Positions 24,621 through 38,000 of a stretch of DNA of 64,000 nucleotides are shown here, in pieces. Each line of letters begins with the position of its first letter. The first letter of the stretch is position 1. Where the stretch lies: the NCBI GenBank assembly GCA_047967505.1, contig CM106538.1. The stretch is one strand, 5' to 3'. Origin of the DNA: Dipteris shenzhenensis. Taxonomy: Eukaryota. The notes under the pieces are model-generated. The model was not told where the DNA came from. It worked only from the letters and a program-made list of their open reading frames with translations, and made no database searches. The position numbers were made by a program, and so were the translations under genes.

Positions 24621-26188
24621 GTTATCATCTTTACGCCTTTTGGACCAAGGAAAAAAGAAGATATTGGGCATTTCTCTCAAGGGCCCAAAATGAGCTTCCC
24701 TTTTTTCTAATGGTGTGTGTGTGTGCATGTGTGCACGCATGCACATATGCATGCATGTGTGTGCATATTTGTTGAAAAAGGCCCAATTTGTTAGGTCCCA
24801 TATGAGGAGTGCAACCTAGCTTGATAGTGGCAATAATGTAGGTAAGCATTGTGACACCATAAAGAGGGAGTGGGAGAGATTTCCATGCAGGCAACATACA
24901 TGCCTCCTTGTGGGAATTCTTCTTGAATTGGGTTTAAAGGGTAGCCAATGAGGCCACCCTAGTCAGCAGATATGGCTAGCAGTAAGCCATAGTTTGGACT
25001 AATTATGTGGCTTTATATAGCCTAGCCAAGTGTCCATGTTAGTGCTACTAGGCTAGGGAAGGATGGCATAATAAGTGCTACTGGGTTACGGAATCAAACA
25101 ACAATTCTAGTGTGTTTGGGTCGATTACTTGGCTAGAAAGAATTTCCTCTCCCCCTAACTTTCCAATCTCTAGCTTGGGAAACTTCAGGTTTGGGCCCCT
25201 CGAATTATCTTATCCTCCTCACCGCCTTCGAGCATGGGTGATATCAAGACCAAGGAATTGGCTAGGCAAAACACTCTATGCTCAAGTTCAAGAGTTACTT
25301 GCTTGGGCACCCACTGGCAACCCATAAGCAAAAACTTTCTCAAAGGTCAAAATTGAGTATTAGAAGGGTTAGTAGAAGGCAATCCACGTGTTGCGAAAAC
25401 AAAAAGTGAAAAAGCAGGGAGCGGTTTCCCTAGGGGGAGGAGGATTAATGTTGCCTTGAAAAGAAAAATAGTACTAATAATTAGTTTCTAAAGCTTTTGT
25501 TCTAAAAGATGGTGGTGACTTTTTTTTTTGCCTCTTTGGCATCAGCAAGGCTAGGGAGAGGATGCCTTCGATCAGGCCTATGCCAATTTGGTAGCCAATA
25601 AAGCATAATTAGGCGAACATTCCATACATTATGCCATTCTTTCTACTGATGCAAATTCATGATTAAGCCATTTCTCACGCTGATGGAAAGGAATGATTAG
25701 GGATTATGTTGTTCAAAGTGCTACTAGTGAGGGAGTTTGGGAGTGCACTAATACCATGTAGATATGGGTTTCAAGAGCATATACCCCAACTACTTTTTAA
25801 TATGGATTAGAGCATAACCTGCTCAATAGATTAATGATCCTTGCATTGCGAGTGCTGTAAATAACGTATATAGTTGAGGCCTTTTAAATAGGCCTTTCTT
25901 TAGGCAACAACCTACTTCCATAGGCCTATATGTAGTAAGAGAGTTAGTTGAGTGCCAATTAGCAATACTACAATTACATTGGTAGTTAGAGAAGGATTTG
26001 CCTACTTTACTCACTACCTTCAATGAGAGAAACTATAAGACCTCTAAGCTCCAATGTTAATATAATTAATACAATAGGAAGCCAAAAGGAGTTATATTTA
26101 TTTTAACTTAGCTAAAGGCATAAAAATGAATGCAAACATATTAATATTTCTTTACATACATGCGTGCACATGCACACATGTGCATGTG

Positions 26189-26189
<1 letters not shown>

Positions 26190-26263
<74 letters not shown>
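26190..26263. repeat. (TG)n microsatellite; shorter copy at about 34978-35015
   Basis: Read directly. Confidence 0.95.
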
Positions 26264-26265
<2 letters not shown>

Positions 26266-26379
26266 AATTACAAGACAAACATTATCCATCTTAGACTTAT
26301 CAATGAAGACAATTTGTGATAGGATATTCTACCAAGAAAGCTTACGAAAAGATCAAATAATTTTGCTCAAAAAAATACA

Positions 26380-26690
26380 GGATGATATTGAAGGAGCTCC
26401 ACTCACCTGCATCCATCCACAACAAGGACAAGTTAGAACAAGATCCCTTATTTGTGGGACAACAGGCTTCAATGCACAGCTCCACTTGTTATCGATGTCA
26501 CAATATCATAGGTTATTCTAATACAGCAAAATTGAATCGACCTTGGATGGTGGTACACCGTGTGGCACCTCAATATTTGAGTCATAGGCATCCAGATGCT
26601 CCATGTTTACGGTGTGAGCTCTTCACACTTTCTGAAACATATTTTTACAAATTACCCCAGGACAGAGGACAGAAGAAACTTTAGTCTAGT
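26380..26690 (+). pseudogene. LINE ORF2 C-terminal zf-RVT-like remnant; copy at about 35130-35440
   Basis: WMVVHR..P...H....PCLRCE....ET resembles the L1 C-terminal zinc-binding motif. Confidence 0.45.
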
Positions 26691-26783
26691 CTGATATGGA
26701 GAAAGTTTTATCTCCATTGAAGCTATAAACAAGCTTCCTATAGAGACCAAGGATTTAATCATATAGATTACCATTTGCTGAGA

Positions 26784-27817
26784 TTTAGAAATAGACATCT
26801 AGTGGTCTTGAATCATGTTTATAGGAATATGACAATAATATGCTTAGTGAAAAAATCATCATACCTTTAGAATAAGAGTAACTATGTAGATGTATGGAGT
26901 ATCTTTGTGCATCCACCTTTCACGTAGAAGACTCCATTGGCCAATACGTGAAGTATCTGTGTAGCTATCAAGATTGAGCGATCATACACAGCTTAACAAG
27001 TTAGACTGCCACTATGAATACTTGTTCGTGGTATGGCTTTATTTGGGTGTCAATCAATGTATACCTGGTTTGATTCCGTTGCAAAAACTTTCTGTCAATA
27101 GTGAGTGGTCTTCAGGCCTTTAGCTATGCCGCGAGATCCTTCCTTGCCTTTGGCGTAAAATTCAATCGTTCAGCCACTTTGTTATCCTATCTCCATGCAA
27201 AGGAGAATAGCACGATTTCTACATGCATGGTTCAAGGCAGAGTTACGCTCAAGAAGTCTATGGGCAATATAACTACTGACTGAGATCAACGAGTTTATAA
27301 GAGCCATGTCTCATCCCTGGACTGAGCAATGATCAGAGTCTTCTTATGGTTATAAGAGCTACGATGTCTTGTGGACGTCCATATCAGCAGCTTCTTTCCT
27401 TTACAGGGAGTCCACACAGCTTGCCTCTCTCGCTATCAATCTTGCAAAGGGATGGACAAGAGTATTGGCGGTAGTATAGTTCAGAAGCTATCGTATGAGC
27501 AAGAAAAAGAAAGAGAGATGACCAAGCACAATGCATTAACCTTGAAGCTGCGTTTTGAATCACAATGGTTTGAGTGGGAGGCTTTATATAGCCATCAACA
27601 TATTCAGGCCGACCTTGTCGGTCTATATTTATGCAACGCTTCACCTTATATGTGCATTTCCATGCAATGTCCCATGGCTAAATTAGAAAACAATATCCCT
27701 TAATAGCAATTCCTCATGGATTAGCAGATGTTTGAACACAAAAGGTCATGGTCTAGCTTTTATGGTAAGTCCAGGATTTACTACTTCTAAAAAGGTACAC
27801 ACACATGTGTGTGTGTG
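26784..27817 (+). repeat. ~1-kb direct repeat X flanking the Penelope-like element; other copies 30025-31070, 35535-36563, 38771-39827
   Basis: Each copy starts tttagaaatagacatc and ends in aaaaggtacacac...tgtgtg. Confidence 0.93.
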
Positions 27818-30024
27818 CCCAACCGTCTGCCCACACAATCACAAACCCACACCCTATGAGAGTCACCATGTCCCCTCGTAGGGAGGGGATCATGGTGCCC
27901 ACCTTTAGAACTGAAAGACATCCGAAGAAGCCTAGTTTAGATCATGAGTGTTTGATCAATGTTTCAGGAACACCAATTTATGAGAAAGTCAATTATAATC
28001 CCTAATCAAATTTTGATTTGAAAAAGTAGAATATATACAAATTTTATTAGATCCTCGGTCGTGATCAAAATGCCATGGAAATCTCCCTTGAAAAAGTTAC
28101 AAACGAGGGTCGCCGTGTTCCTCGTAGAGAGGGGTCATGGTGTCCACCTTTTGAAGAGAAAGAACTTAGACAAATAATAGTTTAAAAGCATTGTTTTGAG
28201 TGATATCAAATAATTTTTATTAGATCACGAGAATTGATTGAAGTCCCAGGAAAATCACTGTTAAGGAAGTTAGAAACAACCCTCCTGAGTCTCAAGCTAT
28301 TACAACCATTTTTCGAAAAGTATCTGAAAAGCTTACGAATAAAATAAGCCGCCTGTTTTTCATTGTTGCAAATGTAAATGATAGGCATAATCTGAGAGCA
28401 TATAGCCATATAGCAAAGTTTAGATGGTCTATTGCTATCCACCTTGATGAATCTTGAAATCTTAAAAGGGAGGGAATCCCTTTTGTCATATTTTAAGATG
28501 ACGAAGGTCCCATCATGTACTAATGTGATAATGACCTCTGTGCTAAGAAACTTAGCACTAGTTCCAATTATACAACCATTCTCCAATCGGCAAAAACTTG
28601 TGGTATCAGCAATAGACTCCACGTACTTAAGAGGACAAATACAATTATCCCCAATGGAATAGAATATCATAGGGTTAGGTATATTGACCAGGCAAATGTC
28701 ATCAATGTATCTAAAGGGATATTGAAACCATTTCAAAATATTCCATCTGCCTTGTCTGGCCGAATTGATGTAGAATTTGTATTCAAAGTAAAATAGGTAA
28801 AGATTGCACCAAATGGGTGAGCAAGATAAGCCCATAGGAATTCCCTTCTTTTGCCTCTAGGTTATGTTGTGAAGTTGAACGTACATGTTGGAAATGAGCC
28901 ATGAATTAATTTTAATGACCGTCTCCATATCATAGTTTAGCTCAAATCCACCTATCAAAGTCCATATACCTTCAATTGGAGAGTGAGGCTTTTTTCAAAA
29001 AGAGATAAAGTTGAAGCTACTATCCTTGAATGTCATAATGATTACCTCCCTTATGATGTTAACTAGACCAAGTTCGCCTTCTAGAGGAATGTTTTCATAG
29101 CATTGTGCTATGTCAGCTGAAAAAATACTAAATATTTTGTCGGGAAGATTTAGAGTGTAGTCATAGAGGGATTCAATCCCCCACCAATAAGAACAATTTA
29201 CTCCACCTCTGAGAAAGAGCTCATGTTGTGTTTTAGCGCATTTACTTTTAAGTTGTGAAACGCATGTTTTTAATATGCATGTATTGATAAGTCCAATTTC
29301 ATCATAAATGCAACCAACAGCATTGGTAATCCATCTAAAGGTGTTCTTATGGGCTTTGTATATACCCATAATAAATGGTAATTTAGTGGATAGAGGTGTT
29401 ACAGAAAATGCTTGGAGTTCGGTTTCAATTTTCACTTCAATATCTAATTTATTTTCTAACTCGAAATCTCCATCATTAGGTCTTTCGAAGGCCGAGTCAT
29501 GAGCAAATTTCCGACATACCAATGCAATGTTATAAGAAGCCTTGTCAATACCATGCATGAAAAAATGGTCTTTGAGAGTTCTAAGATTTTCCCAAAAATA
29601 TTTATCACCCCATACATCTTTCATAAATTTCTTATGGTTGGGTAACTTTCTGTATTGGTTCCATAGAAATTCATAGGAGAATTTTTTAAACAATTTTAAA
29701 GTAGCCCGTAGGGAGATGCCAAGTATATGGCATAAATTTTTCCAGGCTTGTTCAAGTGCTTTATGAGCATCACGTATACAAGGCCTTTTAACCGGTATGT
29801 GGTTAAGTCCTTTTTTGAGCTCATGTCTTAACGGTTCATAATCAACTATTCTCAAATCACAAGTAACCACACGATTCCATTTTTTATCGATAAATTTACT
29901 AAATTTGTGGCATGAGCATTGTCACTCAGTATTATCGCAAAAAGTATCTTTTGGAGAATAAATGTACCCCAGTAGATTTTTGTGGAGTTTCCAAGTTAAC
30001 AAGATTTCATCAAAGATAGTATTT
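27818..30024 (-). mobile_element. 5'-truncated Penelope-like retroelement (CxC-linker, Naiad/Chlamys type), RT pseudogene
   Basis: One frame from about 30024 to 28206 with three stops: QCSCHKF..FIDKKWNRVVTCDLRI..LKKGLNHIP, IYKAHK..FRWI, ADIAQCYENIP, RQKKGIPMGLSCSP, FRYIDD, KFL, KYDKR. The 3' end abuts a CA/TG microsatellite. Confidence 0.88.
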
Positions 30025-31339
30025 TTTAGAAATAGACATCCAGTGGTCCTGATTCATGTTTATAGGAATATGACAATAATATGCTTAGTGAAAAAATCAT
30101 CATACCTTTAGAATAAGAGTAACTATGTAGATGTATGGAGTATCTTTGCGCATTTACCTTTCACGTAGAAGACTCTGTTGGCCAATACGTGAAGTATCTG
30201 TGTAGCTATCAAGATTGAGCAATCATACAGAGCTTAACAAGTTAGACCGCCACTATGAATACTTGTTCATGGTATGGCTTTATTTGGGTGTCAATCAATG
30301 TATACCTGGTTTGATTCCGTTGTAGAAACTTTCCGTCAATAGTGAGTGGTCTTCAGGCCTTTAGCTATGCCGCGAGATCCTTCCTTGCCTTTGGCGTAAA
30401 ATTCAATCGTTCAGCCACTTTGTTATCCTATCTCCATGCAAAGGAGAATAGCACGATTTCTACGTGCATGGTTCAAGGCAGAGTTATGATCAAGAAGTCT
30501 ATGGGCAATATAACTACTGACTGAGATCAACAAGTGTATAGGAGCCGTGTCTCATCCCTGGACTGAGCAATGATCATAGTCTTCTTATGGTTATAAGAGC
30601 TACGATGTCTTGTGGACGTCCATATCAGCAGCTTCTTTCCTTTATAGGGAGTCCACATAGCTTGCCTCTCTCGCTATCAATCTTGCAAAGGGATGGACAA
30701 GAGTATTGGCAGTAGTATAGTTCAGAAGCTATCGTATGAGCAAGAAAAAGAAACAGAAATGACCAAGCATAATGCATTAACCTTGAAGCTGCGTTTTGAA
30801 TCGCAATGGTTTGAGTGGGAGGCTTTATATAGCCATCAACGTATTCAGGCAGACCCTGTCGGTCTATATTCATGCAACGTTTCACCTTATGTGTGCATTT
30901 CCATGCAACGTCCCATGGCTAAATTAAAAAACAATATCCCTTAATAGCAATTCCTCACGGATTAGCAGATGTTTGAACACAAAAGGTCATGGTCTAGCTT
31001 TTATGGTAAGTCCAGGATTTACTACTTCTAAAAAGGTACACACACACACATGTGTGTGTGTGTGTGTGTGTAGATCTCTCATGGGAGGTATGAGCAAGAC
31101 AGAGGGCTTTTTTGGATAAAGCTTGTTCGTCAAAAGAGTTTTTAAAAAGCCTCCATTACAAGAGGTAGTCTGCAAGTATTTGCCAAGTCCTTATGCCTTG
31201 TGGTTATTGGACTTCCTCTCGATCATAACTTGTTATAGTTGTGTCACTCATTTTGCTTTATATAGTTTGGGCATGCAAATCTACCTTCACCAGAAGTGCT
31301 ATTTGACGCACGATGACAGCTTTTGCAGCATGTCTTTCC

Positions 31340-31480
31340 CATTGTTTCTTTTGCACAGGCTTTGGAGTTTGAGGACACCTTCACTGAAAGGGAATTATCT
31401 AATGCAATCAAATCTTGTGGTAGATGGAAGTTTCCAAGATGGGATGGTCTCACTATTGAATTTTTTTCTTGCATATTGGA
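31340..31480 (+). pseudogene. LINE RT N-terminal fragment; copy at about 40100-40235
   Basis: FTERELSNAIKS...KFPRWDGLTIEFF resembles the KSPGPDG..EFF motif. Confidence 0.7.
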
Positions 31481-31619
31481 ATATCCTCAAGATTCACAAA
31501 GACCAGTAGCCTAGCTTGCTACATCTGAATTTTCTAGCCGATGGAAGAAACGATGGAGAGGCCAAAGACTATGCACAAATGCAGGACTCAGAAACCGCCG
31601 CCCCACCACCCCAACATGA

Positions 31620-34600
31620 AAAATGGAGCATTAAGCTCCCTCACCAAAAAACATTGTGTGGAAAGGTTTAAAGAAATTATAGATTTTTTAAGAGCCCATT
31701 TAAATGGAAATTGACTTTGTTTAAAGTTAAGCGCTAGCTAACTGAAATGCACTTGCATTTGTGGAATCTTATACATGCCATGGTAATCTATTAGATTTGG
31801 AGGTTTGGGAATGAGATAGTATTCTATCCTATACACTTGCCCTAGGTATTCTATCCTATACACTTGCCCTAGGATGCCTGACAATGTATTCAGGTCAAAA
31901 TATTGATTGTTTTGAGGCTTTATGCTACCCGATCCCTTGACATTCAGTTACTACTAGAGCTCTCAAAGCTGCTCTAGCTTAGGCTATGTCAATCCTTGTA
32001 TTTTTATTTTCTTAATTAAAATTTCCATTTTTTGCATGCAAAAAAGAGAGGAGATAATTGGGTGTTATTCTTGAATGTAACTCACTTATGCTTATGTTAA
32101 ATGTGGTTAAATGCTTATGCTTATACTTTTAAAATATTTAGGTACACAAGCGTAGTAGTTCAAAAGTTTATATGTTTATGCATATGTCCTTATAGTTATG
32201 TTCAACAGTGTATGTTCTTATAGTTTATGCTTATGCATAGCATTTCAAAAGATTACATGCTTATGCGCTTATGTATATATGTATATGCATATGTTCTTAT
32301 GGTAATACATGATAGTACTTGTAAAATGTGTAAATGTGATGTGTTTAGGTTCATGAAGTTATATGAACATATCTTGATTATGCTTATGTTGAATGTGGTT
32401 CAATGCTAATGCATATGTTCTTACAATTATGAGAAGGAGTTTGCAATTTTTACTACTTGTTTGTAAGAGTTCAAAGGCTTAAATGCTTGTGTGCATGTTC
32501 TTGTATGATCCATATGTCCAATTGATGTATGCGCATAATTATATGCTTGTGTTTAGCTTATGTTCATATGTTCATATGTTTATAGTGCTCATATACTCTT
32601 CTAAGTACTTATATATGTATATGTTTATGTTTATGCCTCATAGGTTTAGGTTTGAGTTTATATGTTTATATACATAAAGATCCTTATGTTTATACGTATG
32701 TGCTCTTGCACAATTATGTGCCCATAAACTACAAACACAAGCTTTTTATGATTCAATAGATAAACATGTGCTTATATGCTCACGTGCTTATATGTTCCTA
32801 TGAATATGCATACATAGCAACATATAAACATATAAAAGAAATTGAATTCTATATATGTTCATGTGTTGCTATGTATATGAACTTTATAGAATTCAACTTT
32901 CGAGAAATTAGTTGCTTTTGTTCATATGAACATATTGAACATATAAATATGAACACATAAATATGTTGTTTCAATGCATAGCTACATATGAACATATAAA
33001 TGTGCACAAAAGCAATTGAATAATAACATACAGCACACATACATACATACATATGTACATGTATGTATGTATGCATATGAACACATAAACATGGATGTAT
33101 TCCACAAGCACAAATTGTATTGTGCTTCAATACAAAAGCATGTGCTTATATGCTCATGTGCTTAAGTATATAAGCACTTAAGTATATAAGTATATAAGCA
33201 CATAAGTATATAAGTATATAAGCTTGTACATAAATCTTTAAGTATTTAATATAAGTATAAACATAGAAACATATAAGTATGAACATAAGAACATAAGATA
33301 AATTTGAACATACGAGCATTCAAGAAACCTTTTATTTGAATATGTATGTATGAGCATGTGCACACATGAACATATGTACACACATCTTATGTATATTTTA
33401 TTGCATATGTTATCATCTTTACGCCTTTTGGACCAAGGAAAAAAGAAGATATTGGGAATTTCTCTCAAGGGCCCAAAATGAGCTTCCTTTTTTCCTAATG
33501 GTGTGTGTGTGTGCATGTGTTCACGCATGCACATATGCATGCATGTGTGTGCATATTTGTTGAAAAAGGCCCAATTTGTTAGGTCCCATATGAGGAGTGC
33601 AACCTAGCTTGATAGTGGCAATAATGTAGGTAAGCATTGTGACACCATAAAGAGGGAGTGGGAGAGATTTCCATGCAGGCAACATACATGCCTCCTTGTG
33701 GGAATTCTTCTTGAATTGGGTCTAAAGGGTAGCCAATGAGGCCACCCTAGTCAACAGCTATGGCTAGCAGTAAGCCATAGTTTGGGCTAATTATGTGGCT
33801 TTATATAGCCTAGCCAAGTGTCCATGTTAGTGCTACTAGGCTAGGGAAGGATGGCATAATAAGTGCTACTGGGTTACGGAATCAAACAACAATTCTAGTG
33901 TGTTTGGGTCGATTACTTGGCTAGAAATAATTTCCTCTCCCCCTAACTTTCCAATCTCTAGCTTGGGGAACTTCAGGTTTGGGCCCCTCGAATTATCTTA
34001 TCCTCCTCACCACCTTCGAGCATGGGTGATATCAAGACCAAGGAATTGGCTAGGCAAAACACTCTATGCTCGAGTTTAAGAGTTACTTGCTTGGGCACCC
34101 ACTGGCAACCCATAAGCAAAAACTTTCTCCAAGGTCAAAATTGAGTATTAGAAGGGTTAGTAGAAGGCAATCCACGTGTTGCGAAAACAAAAAGTGAAAA
34201 AGTGGGGAGCGGTTTCCCTAGGGGGAGGAGGATTAATGTTGCCTTGAAAAGAAAAATAGTACTAATAATTAGTTTCTAAAGCTTTTGTTCTAAAAGATGG
34301 TGGTGACTTCTTTTTTACCTCTTTGGCATCAGCAAGGCTAGGGAGAGGATGCCTTCGATCAGGCCTATGCCAATTTGGTAGCCAATAAAGCATAATTAGG
34401 CAAACATTCCATACATTATGCCATTCTTTCTACTGATGCAAATTCATGATTAAGCCATTTCTCACGCTGATGGAAAGGAATGATTAGGGATTATGTTGTT
34501 CAAAGTGCTACTAGTGAGGGAGTTTGGGAGTGCACTAATACCATGTAGATATGGGTTTCAAGAGCATATACCCCAACTACTTTTTAATATGGATTAGAGC

Positions 34601-34975
34601 ATAACCTGCTCAATAGATTGGTGATCCTTGCATTGTGAGTGCTGTAAATAACGTATATAGTTGAGGCCTTTTAAATAGGCCTTTCTTTAGGCAACAACCT
34701 ACTTCCATAGGCCTATATGTAGTAAGAGAGTTAGTTGAGTGCCAATTAGCAATACTACAATTACATTGGTAGTTAGAGAAGGATTTGCCTACTTTACTCA
34801 CTACCTTCAATGAGAGAAACTATAAGACCTCTAAGCTCCAATGTTAATATAATTAATACAATAGGAAGCCAAAAGGAGTTATATTTATTTTAACTTAGCA
34901 AAAGGCCAAAAAATGAATGCAAACATATTAATATTTCTTTACATACATGCGTGCACACACACACATGTGCATGTG

Positions 34976-35016
<41 letters not shown>

Positions 35017-38000
35017 AATTACAAGACAAACATTATCCATCTTAGACTTATCAATCAAGACAATTTGTGATAGGATATTCTACCAAGAAAGCTTACAAAA
35101 AGATCAAATAATTTTGCTCAAAAAAATACAGGATGATATTGAAGGAGCTCCACTCACCTGCATCCATCCACAACAAGGACAAGTTAGAACAAGATCCCTT
35201 ATTTGTGGGACTACAGGCTTCAATGCACAGCTCCACTTGTTATCGATGTCACAATATCATAGGTTATTCTAATACAGCAAAATTGAATCGACCTTGGATG
35301 GTGGTACACCGTGTGGCACCTCAATATTTGAGTCATAGGCATCCAAATGCTCCATGTTTACGGTGTGAGCTCTTCACACTTTCTGAAACATATTTTTACA
35401 AATTACCCCAGGACAGAGGACAGAAGAAACTTTAGTCTAGTCTGATATGGAGAAAGTTTTATCTCCATTGAAGCTATAAACAAGCTTCCTATAGAGACCA
35501 AGGATTTAATCATATAGATTACCATTTGCTGAAATTTAGAAATAGACATCTAGTGGTCTTGATTCATGTTTATAGGAATATGACAATAATATGCTTAGTG
35601 AAAAAATCATCATACCTTTAGAATAAGAGTAACTATGTAGATGTATGGAGTATCTTTGCACATCCACCTTTCACGTAGAAGACTCCGTTGGCCAATACGT
35701 GAAGTATCTGTGTAGCTATCAAGATTAAGCGATCATACACAGCTTAACAAGTTAGACGGCCACTATGAATACTTGTTCGTGGTATGGCTTTATTTGGGTG
35801 TCAATCAATGTATACTTGGTTTGATTCCGTTGCAAAAACTTTCCGTCAATAGTGAGTGGTCTTCAGGTCTTTAGCTATGCCGCGAGATCCTTCCTTGCCT
35901 TTGGCGTAAAATTCAATCGTTCAACCACTTTGTTATCCTATCTCCATGCAAAGGAGAATAGCACGATTTCTACATGCATGGTTCAAGGCAGAGTTACGCT
36001 CAAGAAGTCTATGGGCAATATAACTACTGACTGAGATCAACGAGTTTATAAGAGCCATGTCTCGTCCCTGAGCAATGATCAGAGTCTTCTTATGGTTATA
36101 AGAGCTACGATGTCTTGTGGACGTCCATATCAGCAGCTTCTTTCCTTTACAGGGAGTCCACATAGCTTGCCTCTCTCGCTATCAATCTTGCAAAGGGATG
36201 GACAAGAGTATTGGCGGTAGTATAGTTCAGAAGCTATCGTATGAGCAAGAAAAAGAAAGAGAGATGACCAAGCACAATGCATTAACCTTGAAGCTGCGTT
36301 TTGAATCACAATGGTTTGAGTGGGAGGCTTTATATAGCCATCAACATATTCAGGCCGACCTTGTCGGTCTATATTTATGCAACGCTTCACCTTATATGTG
36401 CATTTCCATGCAATGTCCCATGGCTAAATTAAAAAACAATATCCCTTAATAGCAATTCCTCATGGATTAGCAGATGTTTGAACACAAAAGGTCATGGTCT
36501 AGCTTTTATGGTAAGTCTAGGATTTACTACTTCTAAAAAGGTACACACACATTTGTGTGTGTGCCCAACCGTCTGCCCACACAATCACAAACCCACACCC
36601 TATGAGAGTCACCATGTCCCCTCGTAGGGAGGGGATCATGGTGCCCACCTTTAGAACTGAAAGACATCCGAAGAAGCCTAGTTTAGATCATGAGTGTTCG
36701 ATCAATGTTTCAGGAACAACAATTTATGAGAAAGTCAATTATAATCCCTAATCAAATTTTGATTTGAAAAAGTAGAATATATACAAATTTTATTAGATCC
36801 TCGGTCGTGATCAAAATGCCATGGAAATCTCCCTTGAAAAAGTTACAAACGAGGGTCGCCATGTTCCTCGTAGAGAGGGGTCATGGTGTCCACCTTTTGA
36901 AGAGAAAGAACTTAGACAAATAATAGTTTAAAAGCATTGTTTTGAGTGATATCAAATAATTTTTATTAGATCACGAGAATTGATTGAAGTCCCAGGAAAA
37001 TCACTGTTAAGGAAGTTAGAAACAACCCTCCTGAGTCTCAAGCTATTACAACCATTTTTCGAAAAGTATCTGAAAAGCTTACGAATAAAATAAGCCACCT
37101 GTTTTTCATTGTTGCAAATGTAAATGATAGGCATAATCTGAGAGCATATAGCCATATAGCAAAGTTTAGATGGTCTATTGCTATCCACCTTGATGAATCT
37201 TGAAATCTTAAAAGGGAGGGAATCCCTTTTGTCATATTTTAAGATGACGAAGGTCCCATCATGTACTGATGTGATAATGACCTCTGTGCTAAGAAACTTA
37301 GCACTAGTTCCAATTATACAACCATTCTCCAATCGGCAAAAACTTGTGGTATCAGCAATAATCTCCACGAACTTAAGAGGATAAATACAATTATCCCCAA
37401 TGGAATAGAATATCATAGGGTTAGGTATATTGACCAGGCAAATGTCATCAATGTATCTAAAGGGATATTGAAACCATTTCAAAATATTCCATCTGCCTTG
37501 TCTGGCCGAATTGATGTAGAATTTGTATTCAAAGTAAAATAGGTAAAGATTGCACCAAATGGGTGAGCAAGATAAGCCCATAGGAATTCCCTTCTTTTGC
37601 CTCTAGGTTATGTTGTTAAGTTGAACGTACATGTTGGAAATGAGCCATGAATTAATTTTAATGACCGTCTCCATATCATAGTTTAGCTCAAATCCACCTA
37701 TCAAAGTCCATATACCTTCAATTGGAGAGTGAGGCTTTTTTCAAAAAGAGATAAAGTTGAAGCTACTATCCTTGAATGTCATAATGATTACCTCCCTTAT
37801 GATGTTAACTAGACCAAGTTCGCCTTCTAGAGGAATGTTTTCATAGCATTGTGCTATGTCAGCTGAAAAAATACTAAATATTTTGTCGGGAAGATTTAGA
37901 GTGTAGTCATAGAGGGATTCAATCCCCCACCAATAAGAACAATTTACTCCACCTCTGAGAAAGAGCTCATGTTGTGTTTTAGCGCATTTACTTTTAAGTT

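Larger units (their letters stand above)
22864..31619 (+). repeat. Tandem segmental duplication, unit 1 (~8.76 kb)
   Basis: Colinear and near-identical to 31620-40378, with identical or nearly identical ORF translations. Junction microhomology aaaat. Confidence 0.97.

Noticed and set aside
24770-26060. Solo LTR starting tgttgaaaaagg
   Set aside because: No convincing CA end or TSD identified.
28857-29924. In-frame TGA codons in the PLE ORF as selenocysteine, as in some Naiads
   Set aside because: The frame also has a TAG stop (28857-28859), and land plants lack Sec machinery. Ordinary pseudogenisation is simpler.
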